Assembly (NCBI GenBank): GCA_963850305.1 | Contig: CAWKKR010000001.1 | Span: 448,001 to 512,000, forward strand | Origin: an uncultured delta proteobacterium | GTDB lineage: Bacteria; Myxococcota_A; Polyangia; Polyangiales; Polyangiaceae | Direction: 5' to 3' | DNA: 64,000 nucleotides | Part shown: piece after piece, positions 39,050-54,000 of the stretch | Position numbering within the stretch: position 1 is the stretch's first letter | Layout: every line of letters begins with the position of its first letter | The notes under the pieces: model-generated | Told to the model about the DNA's origin: nothing | Seen by the model: the letters and a program-made list of their open reading frames with translations, nothing else | Database searches by the model: none | Made by a program: the position numbers and the translations under genes

Positions 39050-39766
39050 ATGTCGGCAATCGCACCTCATATCTCGATCGTCATTCCGGTCTACAACGAG
39101 GAAGCGATCCTGCATGCGGCCGTCGTCGACCTCCGGGAACGCCTTGCGCCGCTCGGCTGGAATTACGAGATCATCCTCGCCGAGAACGGCTCGAAGGACG
39201 CGACGGTCCGCATCGCCGAAGAGCTGTCGCACAAGTACCCGGAGGTGCGGTACGTGTCCGCGGGCGAGCCGAACTACGGCGGTGCTCTCCGCAAGGGCAT
39301 CCGCCTCGCGCGCGGCGAGTTCGTCCTCTGCGACGAGATCGATCTCTGCGACACGGATTTCCACCGGCGCGCCATCGGGCTACTGGAATCCGACCAGCTC
39401 GACATGGTGATCGGTTCGAAGCTCATCGAAGGATCCTCCGACGAACGCCCCTGGGCGCGCCACGCGGCGAGCCTCGTCTACACGAGCCTCCTCAGGACGC
39501 TGCTCGGCTTCAAGGGAACGGACACGCACGGCCTGAAGGCGTTCCGGCGGGCCAGCTTGCTCGAGCACGTCGATGCCTGCGTCGTGGAAAAGGACGTCTT
39601 CGCGAGTGAGTTCGTGATCCGAGCTTACCGTGCACGGCTCCGGATCCGTGAGATCCCGGTGCGGGTGATGGAAAAGCGGCCTCCGTCCATCAACCTCTTC
39701 AAGCGGGTCCCGAACGTGCTGAAGAGCGTCATCAAGCTGACCTACGCGATCCGGATCAAGGGCTGA
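39050..39766 (+). CDS. GT2 glycosyltransferase (DPM1 / polyprenol-phosphate type)
   Basis: SIVIPVYNEE, NGSKD.T, YGGALRKG, DTHGLKAFRR. Confidence 0.88.
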   Translation: MSAIAPHISIVIPVYNEEAILHAAVVDLRERLAPLGWNYEIILAENGSKDATVRIAEELSHKYPEVRYVSAGEPNYGGALRKGIRLARGEFVLCDEIDLCDTDFHRRAIGLLESDQLDMVIGSKLIEGSSDERPWARHAASLVYTSLLRTLLGFKGTDTHGLKAFRRASLLEHVDACVVEKDVFASEFVIRAYRARLRIREIPVRVMEKRPPSINLFKRVPNVLKSVIKLTYAIRIKG

Positions 39767-39773
39767 CGCGTTC

Positions 39774-40427
39774 TCACCAGGCTTCGATCCGCCAGTTTCG
39801 CTTCCGCGCGATGCCGCGGAGCCGGCGATCGGGGTTCACCGCGATCGGCGTCTTCACCCGCTCGAGCAGCGGGAGGTCCGTGATGCTGTCGCTGTAGAAC
39901 GTCGCGTCGTCGAGAGAGAACCCCTGCTCCTTTGCGAGCCGCTCGCTCAGCACGACCTTCCCCTCGCCGTAGCTGAGAGGCGGTCGAACCCGCCCCGTGA
40001 AGCAGCCGTCCTCGACCTCGAGGTGCGTCGCGACCACGTGCTCGATGCCGAGTGCGCGAGCGAGCGGGACCGCGGCATACGGAGTCGCACCGGTGACGAT
40101 CGCCACGACGTCGCCGTCCCGGCGATGCCGCTCCACGGCGCCGCGACCGGCTTCTGCGACGTGCGGCATCACGTAATCGACGAACCACGTCTCGCACGTC
40201 TCCCGCAGCCATTGCTCGCGCTTGCCCTTGAATGACCGGAGCGCGCGTTCGGCGATCCGCGGCGCGTCGAGAACCCCGACGGTGTACTGCATCATCCACC
40301 ACGCCACGCGGACCGCATCCCGAAACCCAGCCTCGCCGACGTCGCGCTGATAGCGAACGTACAAGGTCCCGGTGTCGATGCGGACGAGCGTCCGATCCAT
40401 GTCGAACAGGGCCGCGCGGCGGGGCAT
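39774..40427 (-). CDS. HAD-IB family hydrolase (SerB-like)
   Basis: FDMDRTL, IVTGA, GEGK, YSDSITDLPLL, VNPD. Confidence 0.9.
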   Translation of the reverse strand: MPRRAALFDMDRTLVRIDTGTLYVRYQRDVGEAGFRDAVRVAWWMMQYTVGVLDAPRIAERALRSFKGKREQWLRETCETWFVDYVMPHVAEAGRGAVERHRRDGDVVAIVTGATPYAAVPLARALGIEHVVATHLEVEDGCFTGRVRPPLSYGEGKVVLSERLAKEQGFSLDDATFYSDSITDLPLLERVKTPIAVNPDRRLRGIARKRNWRIEAW

Positions 40428-40501
40428 CGACGCCGAGCGTACACCAAAGGCGCGGGCGGTGATGCCAAGCTGGCTCGATCCGCTGTAGTGATCCGGGCCA
40501 C

Positions 40502-43042
<2,541 letters not shown>

Positions 43043-43139
43043 AAGAGCGGCAGTCGAGTGGGCCCGGGCGTTGCCTGTGAAGCGCGTGCTCGGCGCGCAC
43101 GCGCACGTTGTCGGTGACCCCCGCGGGGTGATCGGGAAC

Positions 43140-43176
43140 GATCACAGGCAAGATCACGAACGATCTTGCCGTGATC
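43140..43176. other. Inverted repeat / hairpin just before the 21-bp array
   Basis: gatcac-a-ggcaagatc-acgaac-gatcttgcc-gtgatc: 15 paired bases with one bulge. Confidence 0.7.
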
Positions 43177-43215
43177 CGCAACAATGTCGTCACGGACGGA
43201 CGTGATCTCGCCGCG

Positions 43216-43530
43216 GACGCGCATGGTCTCGTCGAGGACGCACGCGTCCGCGCCAAGGACGTGCATGGTCTCGTCGAGGACGTGCATGGTCTCGTCGAGG
43301 ACGCACGCGTCCGCGCCAAGGACGCGCATGGTCTCGTCGAGGACGTGCATGGTCTCGTCGAGGACGCACGCGTCCGCGCCAAGGACGCGCATGGTCTCGT
43401 CGAGGACGTGCATGATCTCGTCGAGGACGCACGCGTCCGCAGCGAGGACGTGCATGGTCTCGTCGAGGACGCACGCGTCCGCAGCGAGGACGTGCATGGT
43501 CTCGTCGAGGACGCACGCGTCCGCGCGATG
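43216..43530. repeat. Tandem array of fifteen 21-bp units of two types (A and B)
   Basis: A = gacgYgcatgRtctcgtcgag; B = gacgcacgcgtccgc plus gccaag, agcgag or gcgatg. Order AB AAB AAB AAB AB AB. Confidence 0.95.
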
Positions 43531-43773
43531 GAGATGGCCGTCCGCGGCGCCTCCGGCACAATCCGACCAAGACCCCATGCGGACCGGGACCAAACGGACC
43601 GTTACCCGGGAGCGTCTTGACGAAGACTCGTCCAGCCCCGGCGCAAACCGGTAGAGACCCGCGGTGCAATCCGCAGAATGCAAAGGCGCTGGGAGTCCGA
43701 TACGGGCCTACGCGGGCCGTCTCGGAGGGCGTAGAAGTTTTTTTGGGGGAACTCCAGGGTGTAAAAGACCCCC

Positions 43774-44943
43774 GTGACCCGACGCCGCGGCCCTCCTGCA
43801 CCTCACCGACAGAATGCGCGCTTCGGCGATCCGAATCGGGGACGCGGGCAACACGTGGCCCGACCTCGACCCGAGTCGCGGCCTGAACCCATTCCCAGAG
43901 GCGCCCTCGGTGCTCCCCCGGCGCCGGGCGAGTGGCTGCTCACGACGCGCGAGGGCGCGGAGATCGATCTCGTCGAGGAGCTCGCGCTCGGCGGACACGA
44001 GGGCGCGCGTGTCTTCGCGCCGGCCCTGGTCGCGGCGCGGCGTGTGCCGCGGAGCGACGGCCGCGCGACCCTGACGTTCGCGCGGCAGGGGTTCCAGGTC
44101 GATGCCGTGCTCGACGGTGAAAACGTCGACGAACTCCGCAGAAACGCAGTGCACGAGATCACGAAGCACCTCGCAGGCGCCGAGCAATACGTCCTCCACG
44201 TGTGGGTACCGGACGCGACGAAGGCAAACCCGCTCGCCGCGACGGCGCGCGCCGTCGAGGAGGCCCTGAAGCTCGAGCTCCAATCGGCGATTGCCGGAAC
44301 GAGCGCCGTCGCGGCGCGCGAGCTCGGGTCGAAATCGGTTCCGTTCGTTCAAGTTTGCTTGCTCTCCGAACAGCGCGCGGCGCTCGGCGTCTTGCGGTCG
44401 GACCAGGCCCTGTCACTCGCGCATGGCGGGCGCCTGCGCGTGCACGTCGGGGGCGACAAGCCGTCGCGCGCCGCGCGAAAAGTCGCCGAAGCCCTCACGT
44501 GGCTCGGCGTGGCCCCCGAACCGGGCGAGCGGTGCGTTGATCTGGGCGCCGCGCCGGGGGGATGGACCTGGTTTCTGTTGCAGCGCCGGGCCCGTGTCAT
44601 CGCCGTGGATCCAGCGCGCCTTCGTCCGGATTTGCTCCGTGATCGAGGACTCACTTACGTCGGGCGGAGCGCGTTCGAGTTCATTCCGGACGAACCGGTG
44701 GACTGGCTCTTCTGCGACATGGCGTGGCGTCCGCTCGAGGTCGCACAGATGCTCGCACGGTGGGCGCGGAAGCACGCCGCGTCCCTCCTCGTCGCGAACT
44801 TCAAGATGCCCATGAAGAAGAAGGCAGAGATGGTCGCGCAGATCCGCCGCACCCTCGAAGATGGCGGGTGGCGAGCCGTCAAGACGCGACAGCTCTATCA
44901 CGACCGCGACGAGGTCACCGTGACCGCCCGGCTCCTCGTCTGA
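43774..44943 (+). CDS. rlmM: RlmM-like 23S rRNA 2'-O-methyltransferase (FtsJ fold)
   Basis: PSRAARKVAEA, VDLGAAPGGWT, AVD, DWLFCDM, NFKMP, QLYHDRDEVT. Confidence 0.82.
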   Translation: MTRRRGPPAPHRQNARFGDPNRGRGQHVARPRPESRPEPIPRGALGAPPAPGEWLLTTREGAEIDLVEELALGGHEGARVFAPALVAARRVPRSDGRATLTFARQGFQVDAVLDGENVDELRRNAVHEITKHLAGAEQYVLHVWVPDATKANPLAATARAVEEALKLELQSAIAGTSAVAARELGSKSVPFVQVCLLSEQRAALGVLRSDQALSLAHGGRLRVHVGGDKPSRAARKVAEALTWLGVAPEPGERCVDLGAAPGGWTWFLLQRRARVIAVDPARLRPDLLRDRGLTYVGRSAFEFIPDEPVDWLFCDMAWRPLEVAQMLARWARKHAASLLVANFKMPMKKKAEMVAQIRRTLEDGGWRAVKTRQLYHDRDEVTVTARLLV

Positions 44944-45035
44944 CGGGTCACCGCGGTCCCCGGCGCTCGTTCCAGCCGCGCCAGAATCGAGGGGAGCGCA
45001 TGGCCTTTCCGGCCGTCGAGCTGGTCGACCATGAG

Positions 45036-45182
45036 GTGAACTCACCTGAATCGTTCATCGTGAACCAAATCCACGAGGTCACCTCATCCGGATCGTTCAT
45101 CCTGAACCAAACCCACCAGGTCACCTCATCCGGATCGTTCATCCCGAACCAAATCCACCAGGTCACCTCATCCGGATCGTTC
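45036..45182. repeat. 42-bp tandem repeat, about 3.5 copies
   Basis: ggatcgttcatcNYgaaccaaaYccacSaggtcacctcatcc in register at 45048, 45090, 45132 and 45174. Confidence 0.9.
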
Positions 45183-45585
45183 GAGACGAATCGTTTCGCT
45201 GCCCACGCCTCACAGCACTCTGCGAGCACGATCGCGTAGGCGCGGCTCTTGTCCACTGCAGTCTGCCGCGCTTGCCCGACACCGCTCTCAGAACCGAGGC
45301 CCACACCGAGACCGCTCCCGATCTCCCGTCCCCCCGCCGCGCCTGCGCGGCTGCATCTCGCCACGAGGCCCGCAGGCTGGCCCGGCGGCGGCAACCGACT
45401 CTCGCCGCGCCCGTCACTCCGGTGCGTCCCCCAAATCTGTCGGCGCCGCGAATTTGTGCGCGTTCCCGCTCCCCATCCCGAAACCGTCTCTTCTTCCGGC
45501 TCCGCTCCCGCCCCCGTCCCCGCAACCGGCCCGACCTCCAATCAAGGCTGGGGGGTCAAGACAGTCAAGGCCCCCGTGCGAGCAC

Positions 45586-46050
45586 AGCGAGCCCGCCGAA
45601 GGCGGCGGGGGAGCGGTCGCGAAGCGAGCCGCGGGGGCAAGGCAGGCAAGACCCCCATTGCCAAACCAGCGGAGCGAGCACGCCGAAGGCGGCGGGGGAG
45701 CGGTCGCGAAGCGAGCCGCGGGGGTCAAGACCCCCTTGGTTAACGAGCGGTCGCGAAGCGACCCGCGGGGGCAAGGCAGGCAAGACCCCCATTGCCAAAC
45801 CAGCGGAGCGAGCACGCCGAAGGCGGCGGGGGAGCGGTCGCGAAGCGAGCCGCGGGGGTCAAGACCCCCTTGGTTAACGAGCGGTCGCGAAGCGACCCGC
45901 GGGGGCAAGGCAGGCAAGACCCCCATTGCCAAACCAGCGGAGCGAGCACGCCGAAGGCGGCGGGGGAGCGGTCGCGAAGCGAGCCGCGGGGGTCAAGACC
46001 CCCTTGGTTAACGAGCGGTCGCGAAGCGAGCCGCGGGGGTCAAGACCCCC
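45586..46050. repeat. Composite REP-like array with 134-bp period; same family as 8711-9012 in the opposite orientation
   Basis: ttggttaacg recurs at 45736, 45870 and 46004. Core gagcggtcgcgaagcga occurs 7 times (45611, 45698, 45745, 45832, 45879, 45966, 46013). Confidence 0.95.
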
Positions 46051-46051
46051 T

Positions 46052-48652
<2,601 letters not shown>

Positions 48653-48709
48653 CGGCTCCCCTGCCCCTCCGGGTTGTTCACGCTGACGCGCCCGCCGATG
48701 CGAAGCATC

Positions 48710-51700
48710 TCACAGGATTTGTATGTAGGCGAACGTGGCCAGATCGATCAAGACCAGGCCCTTCTCGGAGCCGTCGGAGACGACGAGCTGACCGAGCGCA
48801 GGCGAATACACCATGCTCGCGGGCGAGGTATTCGTGTCGTCCGCGGCAGATAGATTGACGAAGAGCGGCGAAAACCCGCCGTACACGGTCCAATCGAACT
48901 CGTCGTCTCGCTGGCTCGAAGCTTGCCCGCCTTGGGGGATTCCGCTGTAGATCGCGAAGCTGGTCGTGAGACCGTCGTAGATACACTGGGAGTTCGGCGC
49001 GCCGATGGTGAGGGGCGGCGGATTGGCCGCGTCGAAGATGCACGCGACCTCGCCCGCGATCGGCGGACCGATCGCGGCCACCGGATCCGTCGGGGATGCC
49101 TTGCAACCGTCGGTGCAGGACACTTCCTGCACGCGGCTCGACAGGTGAGAGCGCAGTGGATTCGTATCGGGGATACAGCTGCCGTCGGGGCCCGTCGTGA
49201 TGTCGTGCCGGAAGCCCGAGAGCGAGCCCGTCACGACCCACTCCGCGGACGCCCGCACTTGATAGTCGACGGGTGCGGGGAAACAGCACGCGAGGAACTC
49301 GGAAATATTCCGCGCGGTCGACGAGCTGGGGCTCGCGCTGCGCGGCGTGAGGGTGAGAACATTGCGCGTCGCGTGTTCGATGCGAAGCTCGCGGAGCGCG
49401 CCTGGTTCGTCGTGAGTGCCGAGTTCCGTGCTGCACGCAAGATACCCCGAGCCGGCCTGGTTCGGGTCGGCACCGCCGCACGCGGCTCCGGGGTTCCCCT
49501 TTTGCCACCAGGTGTCGGTCTGATCGAGCAGGTCGGACAGAATCTGCACGTAGTCGGCGTGCATCTCGCCGAACTGGTCTCGCTTCGCCGCACTGACGCC
49601 GAGGCCGTCGCCACGAAGGCTGGCCGCGCTTTCGTCCTCGACGCCCGCGTCGCAAAACACGATGCCGCTATCCGTCAGCGTCATCGTGCCGTTCGAGTAG
49701 CCGAGCGTCGCCGGCGGTCGCTCGCCGATGAGTGGGCCCTCGTAGCGCGCCGAGAAATCCTCCTGGGGCGCGTACGAGCGCGGCTCGGCGAAGCTCAGCA
49801 CGAGGGAGCTCTGGGCCAGATTCGGATCCCGAGGGTCGATGAGGAGCGGGCTCTGGTTGGCGGGCGTCTTCTGCGAATCGTACAGCGTGGTGCCGATGTA
49901 GACCTGCGCGCGATCGGCCGGCGCGCTCGACAGATTCACGCCGAGCATGTGCGGATGGAGGATCCCCTCGGCGGTCTTGTCCGTGGGGAGCGAACGGCCG
50001 TCCACGGAGACGAGGCGCGGGAAGGAGCGAAGCGACGGCGCGCGAACGCCCACGGCCGGATTGTTCAGCATCGCGAGGGAGCTTCGAGTCCGCTCGGGCT
50101 CGACGGAGTGGCAGCTCACCTCGTTCGTCACGGTCGGCGTGCCATCGGGCAGGACGTAGCTCGCGATGTGTTTCGGGTCGTCCGCGCAGCCGTGGATGTC
50201 CTCGGTGCTCGAGGTGTTCAGGGTCTCGGGGCGGCGGCAGTCTGCGTCGAAGTCCTCGACGTCGACGACCGAGATCTGGCCCGTCTCGAGCGCCACGAAG
50301 CCGAAGACTCCCCGCAGGTTGGCCGGAATCGCACCGGTCGAAAGATCGACGGACGGACGGTACTGAGCGCCAGGCGCCGTGGCCGGAAGGCTGGGGTTCG
50401 GGTCGCAGAACACGCCGACTGGTTCGGACGGGGGAGCGGGATTCAGAGGAACGTCGTCGCGGAGCGCGAAGGCGACGTCACGCGCGGGCGCGTCGAACGC
50501 GATGCGATCCGGGGGCTCGAACGGCAGGAGCGGCGATCGAGGCCGGAGTAACGGCGTTCGATTGGCCGCGCCCGGACTGATGTCGAAGATCATGACGCTC
50601 CCGCCGCCGACCGTGTCGATCGCATAAAGGTAGCGTTGCTCGGTCGTCGTGAGTGGGCTCGCGGCGATCTTCCCCGTCGTGACGACGCGCGCGGGATCGA
50701 GATAGCTCTCCGGCAAGAGCGGCGGCTGTTCCGCGATCGAGCACGGATCCGAGACGTCGAGGACGTGAACGACCGGAGCGACGGCATCGCCGACGAACAA
50801 TCGATGCTCGGCCGTGATCGGGTCGTCGACCAGGGCAAAACCGCTGGGCTGCGGCGAGAAGCCCTCGGGCTCCGCAGGCTGGACGAGACCAGGCGCGACG
50901 TATCCGGTGTTCAAGTCCGCGGGGAGAACCTCGGGGATGGGAGTCTTCGGCAGATCGACCTTCAGCGAAACGTAGCGTTCGATCGGGCAAGGGTCGTACG
51001 ACCCGGGCGTGCGGTCGAGTAACTCCTGGGCATCCACGATCGCGATCTGACCGCTCGCGGGCAGCGCGACGGCGAGCTTACGCCGTCCCGGCACGGTCGT
51101 TTCGAGCGACAGATCCGCGGGGCACGAGAGCCCGCTCGGCTGGGGCGTCTGCGGCGCGTTCGAGTCGCAGCTCGCGCGGATGACGGGCGGAGTGCTCGGA
51201 TCCCCGTCGCGCGGCGGATCGATGAGCAGCGCCATTTCACCGGGCGCGCTCGGCAAGCGACACGCGGGCCACGTTGTGATGTCCCGGATCGGCTCGTTTC
51301 CTTTGCGCGGCTTAACGCAGGAGGTCGGCAGCGCGAAGATGCCCTCTTTGCCGGGTTCCGCCACCGAAACGAAGCTCGCGAGCCCCCCGGGCGTGGAGAC
51401 GATGCTCGTCGGCTGGCTTCCGATGGGCAAGAACGAAAACCCCGGGATCGTCTGATCCTCATCGACGACCGCTTCCGTGTCGAGATCCACGAGCGCGACC
51501 TCACCCCGGGTCGTCTGCGTGACGAGCGCAAAGAGGTGCCGCGCTTCGTTGTCGACCAGGCTCTGGTCCGGACAGTCCCCGATGTCCCGCGGCTCGAAGT
51601 TCGTGTTCATGCACAGAAACGAGACCTCGCCGTTCGACTCGAGAGAACGCAGGGTGACGGCCTGAGTCGTGTTGCCGCAGCCGATCGCGGCCGTACCGAG

Positions 51701-51736
51701 CGCGATCGTCGCGAAAAGCCACCTGTACAGGTTCAC
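48710..51736 (-). CDS. Large Cys/Pro-rich hypothetical lipoprotein (about 1008 aa, probable beta-propeller)
   Basis: GTG 51736 overlaps the upstream stop (GTGA) and follows GGAGG-like sequence; VNLYRWLFATIALGTAAIGC lipobox; repeated G.(V/I)A.VD strands. Confidence 0.75.
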   Translation of the reverse strand: MNLYRWLFATIALGTAAIGCGNTTQAVTLRSLESNGEVSFLCMNTNFEPRDIGDCPDQSLVDNEARHLFALVTQTTRGEVALVDLDTEAVVDEDQTIPGFSFLPIGSQPTSIVSTPGGLASFVSVAEPGKEGIFALPTSCVKPRKGNEPIRDITTWPACRLPSAPGEMALLIDPPRDGDPSTPPVIRASCDSNAPQTPQPSGLSCPADLSLETTVPGRRKLAVALPASGQIAIVDAQELLDRTPGSYDPCPIERYVSLKVDLPKTPIPEVLPADLNTGYVAPGLVQPAEPEGFSPQPSGFALVDDPITAEHRLFVGDAVAPVVHVLDVSDPCSIAEQPPLLPESYLDPARVVTTGKIAASPLTTTEQRYLYAIDTVGGGSVMIFDISPGAANRTPLLRPRSPLLPFEPPDRIAFDAPARDVAFALRDDVPLNPAPPSEPVGVFCDPNPSLPATAPGAQYRPSVDLSTGAIPANLRGVFGFVALETGQISVVDVEDFDADCRRPETLNTSSTEDIHGCADDPKHIASYVLPDGTPTVTNEVSCHSVEPERTRSSLAMLNNPAVGVRAPSLRSFPRLVSVDGRSLPTDKTAEGILHPHMLGVNLSSAPADRAQVYIGTTLYDSQKTPANQSPLLIDPRDPNLAQSSLVLSFAEPRSYAPQEDFSARYEGPLIGERPPATLGYSNGTMTLTDSGIVFCDAGVEDESAASLRGDGLGVSAAKRDQFGEMHADYVQILSDLLDQTDTWWQKGNPGAACGGADPNQAGSGYLACSTELGTHDEPGALRELRIEHATRNVLTLTPRSASPSSSTARNISEFLACCFPAPVDYQVRASAEWVVTGSLSGFRHDITTGPDGSCIPDTNPLRSHLSSRVQEVSCTDGCKASPTDPVAAIGPPIAGEVACIFDAANPPPLTIGAPNSQCIYDGLTTSFAIYSGIPQGGQASSQRDDEFDWTVYGGFSPLFVNLSAADDTNTSPASMVYSPALGQLVVSDGSEKGLVLIDLATFAYIQIL

Positions 51737-53553
51737 TTCGAGGCCCTCGGCTGGATGGGCTGACCGATGGTCAGGAGCATCTTGCCGTACGTGAGCGTGT
51801 GGCGCTGATCGAGGTCCACGATGCCGACGTACGAATCCGTGAAGTGACCGATGTAACCGAGGCCGTGTGGCGCATCGACGGCGAGCGAGTACGGTCCACG
51901 GCCCGTCTGGATCTCCGTATCGAAAGTGCCGGCGACCGGGTCGTACACGTAGATGGCACGCGCATCGAAGCAGATGACGAACACGCGCCGCGCAAGGTGG
52001 CCGTGGGTGTCGATGACGGACCCCAGGACGACGCGCGACGCCCCGGTTGCTACGGGAATCGAGTCGTAAAAGCTCGGTAGATCGTCCGTTGGGACACCGA
52101 TCTGCTCCGGCGTCGCCCCGCTTTCCGGCACCGGCCGATTCGGCTGGGTGCGGCCGACGAGGAGCGTCGGGGGCTCTCGGTTCGCGACGTAGACGGGCAG
52201 CGGGATCGAGGCGCACTGAGTGAAACACGCGGTGAGATTCGCCGGCGACGAAACGCCGGCATCGGTCGTGAGCCCGCCGTCCACGCCGGTTCCGCCATCG
52301 ACGCCGGTCGTGGCGCCCCGGCATGCCGCCTCGCACGCCGCACGAGCGTCATCGTCGACGGCTATACCGCGAGAGTCGAACCCTTGCGAGTTCGTGCTGA
52401 TCGGAGTGCTCGTCGCCGCTTCGATGAAGGGCCTATCGTAGAGCGCACCGTTCGGGCTCGCAGCGGCGTATCCGAAATAGCGAACGAGCTGAACCTGCGC
52501 GGCATTGCTGAACGTCAGCAGGAACCCCGGTTGATAAGGAATTCGCGGGGCGACGTAGCCGATCGACGGATCGTTCTCCAGCAGAGCCGGGACCGGAATC
52601 GCGGTGATGTCCATCGCCCCGATCGGCAGAGGCACGCCAGAGGGCAAGTCGCTCAGGACGTACTCGAGCTCGGGACCCGCGGGGGCGCCGTCCTCGGGAA
52701 CCCAGTGATTGACGAAGAGCGCGAGCTGTCCGGTGGTCTGGTGCGTGGTGATCAACGCCTGGCCGGCCCCGTCGATCGCGATCCCGTAGGGCTCCGGAGG
52801 TAGCACCTCGTCGTTCGAGTTGACCTCGGTCGGTTCTGTGCCGCGGCGGTGATTGGCGTCGCAGATGCCATCGGCACCCTGCCCGCAGTGCAAGAGTCCG
52901 GCGTTCGGTTCCGCCGCACTCGCGGTGTCGTCCACGTCAATCCAGTTCACGGCCGCGTCGCCGCGCGCCGCGACGAAGATGCGAGCGCCGTCGTCGCTCG
53001 GAGTCCGACTGTAAACGAGGTCCGTCGCGAAAGCCCCGATGGAGACGCTGTCCGCCAGATACGGCGCCGAATCGATGTAGTTGCACCGCCCTGGAACGAG
53101 CAGCGCTGCCGCCGCGGACTGCTCCCCGACGGACCCGCAGGGGACGGGATTACTGGCGTCCACGCACCAGTGGCTCGGCGCCTGATTCGTGCTCGAGACC
53201 GCGAGATCGCAGCTCTGCCCGGTCGCGCAATCGGCATCGGCGTTGCAGTACTTCGGGACGATCTTCCGCAGTGCGACGAGGTCGTAGGCCTGAAGCGTCC
53301 CCGCGTTGAACTGAAGGTCGAAGTCGCTGTTCGCGACATACATCCAGCGGGGCTCGTCGGACTCCGGGGCGGGCTCGTTCACCGAGGGCGACAGGGCGAT
53401 ACCGACCGGAAAATAGATTCGGCCGATCGGGGGCGGCCGTCCGTTGTCGGCTGGGTAACAACCGATGGCTCCGGCGAGCGCCGGCACCGCAGCCAACGCC
53501 GCGGCGGCGCTGCGTCCGCGCCGCGGACCAATCCAAGAACGCTGCAAGGTCAA
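51733..53553 (-). CDS. Hypothetical lipoprotein, YVTN/YncE-like beta-propeller
   Basis: LAGAIGC lipobox; YFPVGIA, MYVANSDFDL, PYGIAID, VYVANR, TGRGPYSLAVD. Start uncertain. Confidence 0.75.
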   Translation of the reverse strand: MTLQRSWIGPRRGRSAAAALAAVPALAGAIGCYPADNGRPPPIGRIYFPVGIALSPSVNEPAPESDEPRWMYVANSDFDLQFNAGTLQAYDLVALRKIVPKYCNADADCATGQSCDLAVSSTNQAPSHWCVDASNPVPCGSVGEQSAAAALLVPGRCNYIDSAPYLADSVSIGAFATDLVYSRTPSDDGARIFVAARGDAAVNWIDVDDTASAAEPNAGLLHCGQGADGICDANHRRGTEPTEVNSNDEVLPPEPYGIAIDGAGQALITTHQTTGQLALFVNHWVPEDGAPAGPELEYVLSDLPSGVPLPIGAMDITAIPVPALLENDPSIGYVAPRIPYQPGFLLTFSNAAQVQLVRYFGYAAASPNGALYDRPFIEAATSTPISTNSQGFDSRGIAVDDDARAACEAACRGATTGVDGGTGVDGGLTTDAGVSSPANLTACFTQCASIPLPVYVANREPPTLLVGRTQPNRPVPESGATPEQIGVPTDDLPSFYDSIPVATGASRVVLGSVIDTHGHLARRVFVICFDARAIYVYDPVAGTFDTEIQTGRGPYSLAVDAPHGLGYIGHFTDSYVGIVDLDQRHTLTYGKMLLTIGQPIQPRASK

Positions 53554-53761
53554 GTCGCCCGGCGTTCTAAATCAGCGCGCCGGATTCGGCTAGCGTTCTT
53601 CCCGCAGCCGGAGCGACCGTTTCGCGTGCCCTCCCCCATGGGGTGAAGCGAAATGCAGCGTCGACCCAGGCAATCTCCGGCTGACCGGGCTCACCAGGCC
53701 CTCGGCAGGGGCCGATTGCCCCGAACGCCTGTTCCGAAGCGTGCCCTTTACGACAACTCGC

Positions 53762-53947
53762 TCAGCCGAGATCCAGGATGGTAATGCCCCGCTCGACGTC
53801 GTCCTGGTCGTCCGGCTCCTCCGGGGGACGCCGAGCCGGCTGGTAGATCTCCAGGGGCAGCTCAAGCCTTGGCTGCTGACGGTCCTGTCGCCGCTTCTCC
53901 TGCTCTTCGCGCTGCCGGATCTGCTCGATGATGAACGGGGGTAGCAT
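53762..53947 (-). CDS. Small charged hypothetical protein (61 aa)
   Basis: GGAG ribosome-binding site before the ATG; high GC at third codon positions; MLPPFIIEQIRQRE...PRLELPL...RGITILDL resembles small myxobacterial proteins as I recall them. Confidence 0.7.
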   Translation of the reverse strand: MLPPFIIEQIRQREEQEKRRQDRQQPRLELPLEIYQPARRPPEEPDDQDDVERGITILDLG

Positions 53948-54000
53948 GGGCGCTCCGAATGGTCTCCCTGGGCAAGACCTATCCCGGACTTCTACGACAT

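Noticed and set aside
51737..52336. First 200 aa of the 1208-aa ORF 48710-52336
   Set aside because: Overlaps the upstream lipoprotein gene in another frame; the lipoprotein signal starts at GTG 51736.
53554..53761. Possible structured ncRNA in the 200-bp gap
   Set aside because: Only short GC hairpins such as GGGGC-CGATT-GCCCC, which are expected at this GC content. I recognise no RNA family; an Rfam scan would settle it.
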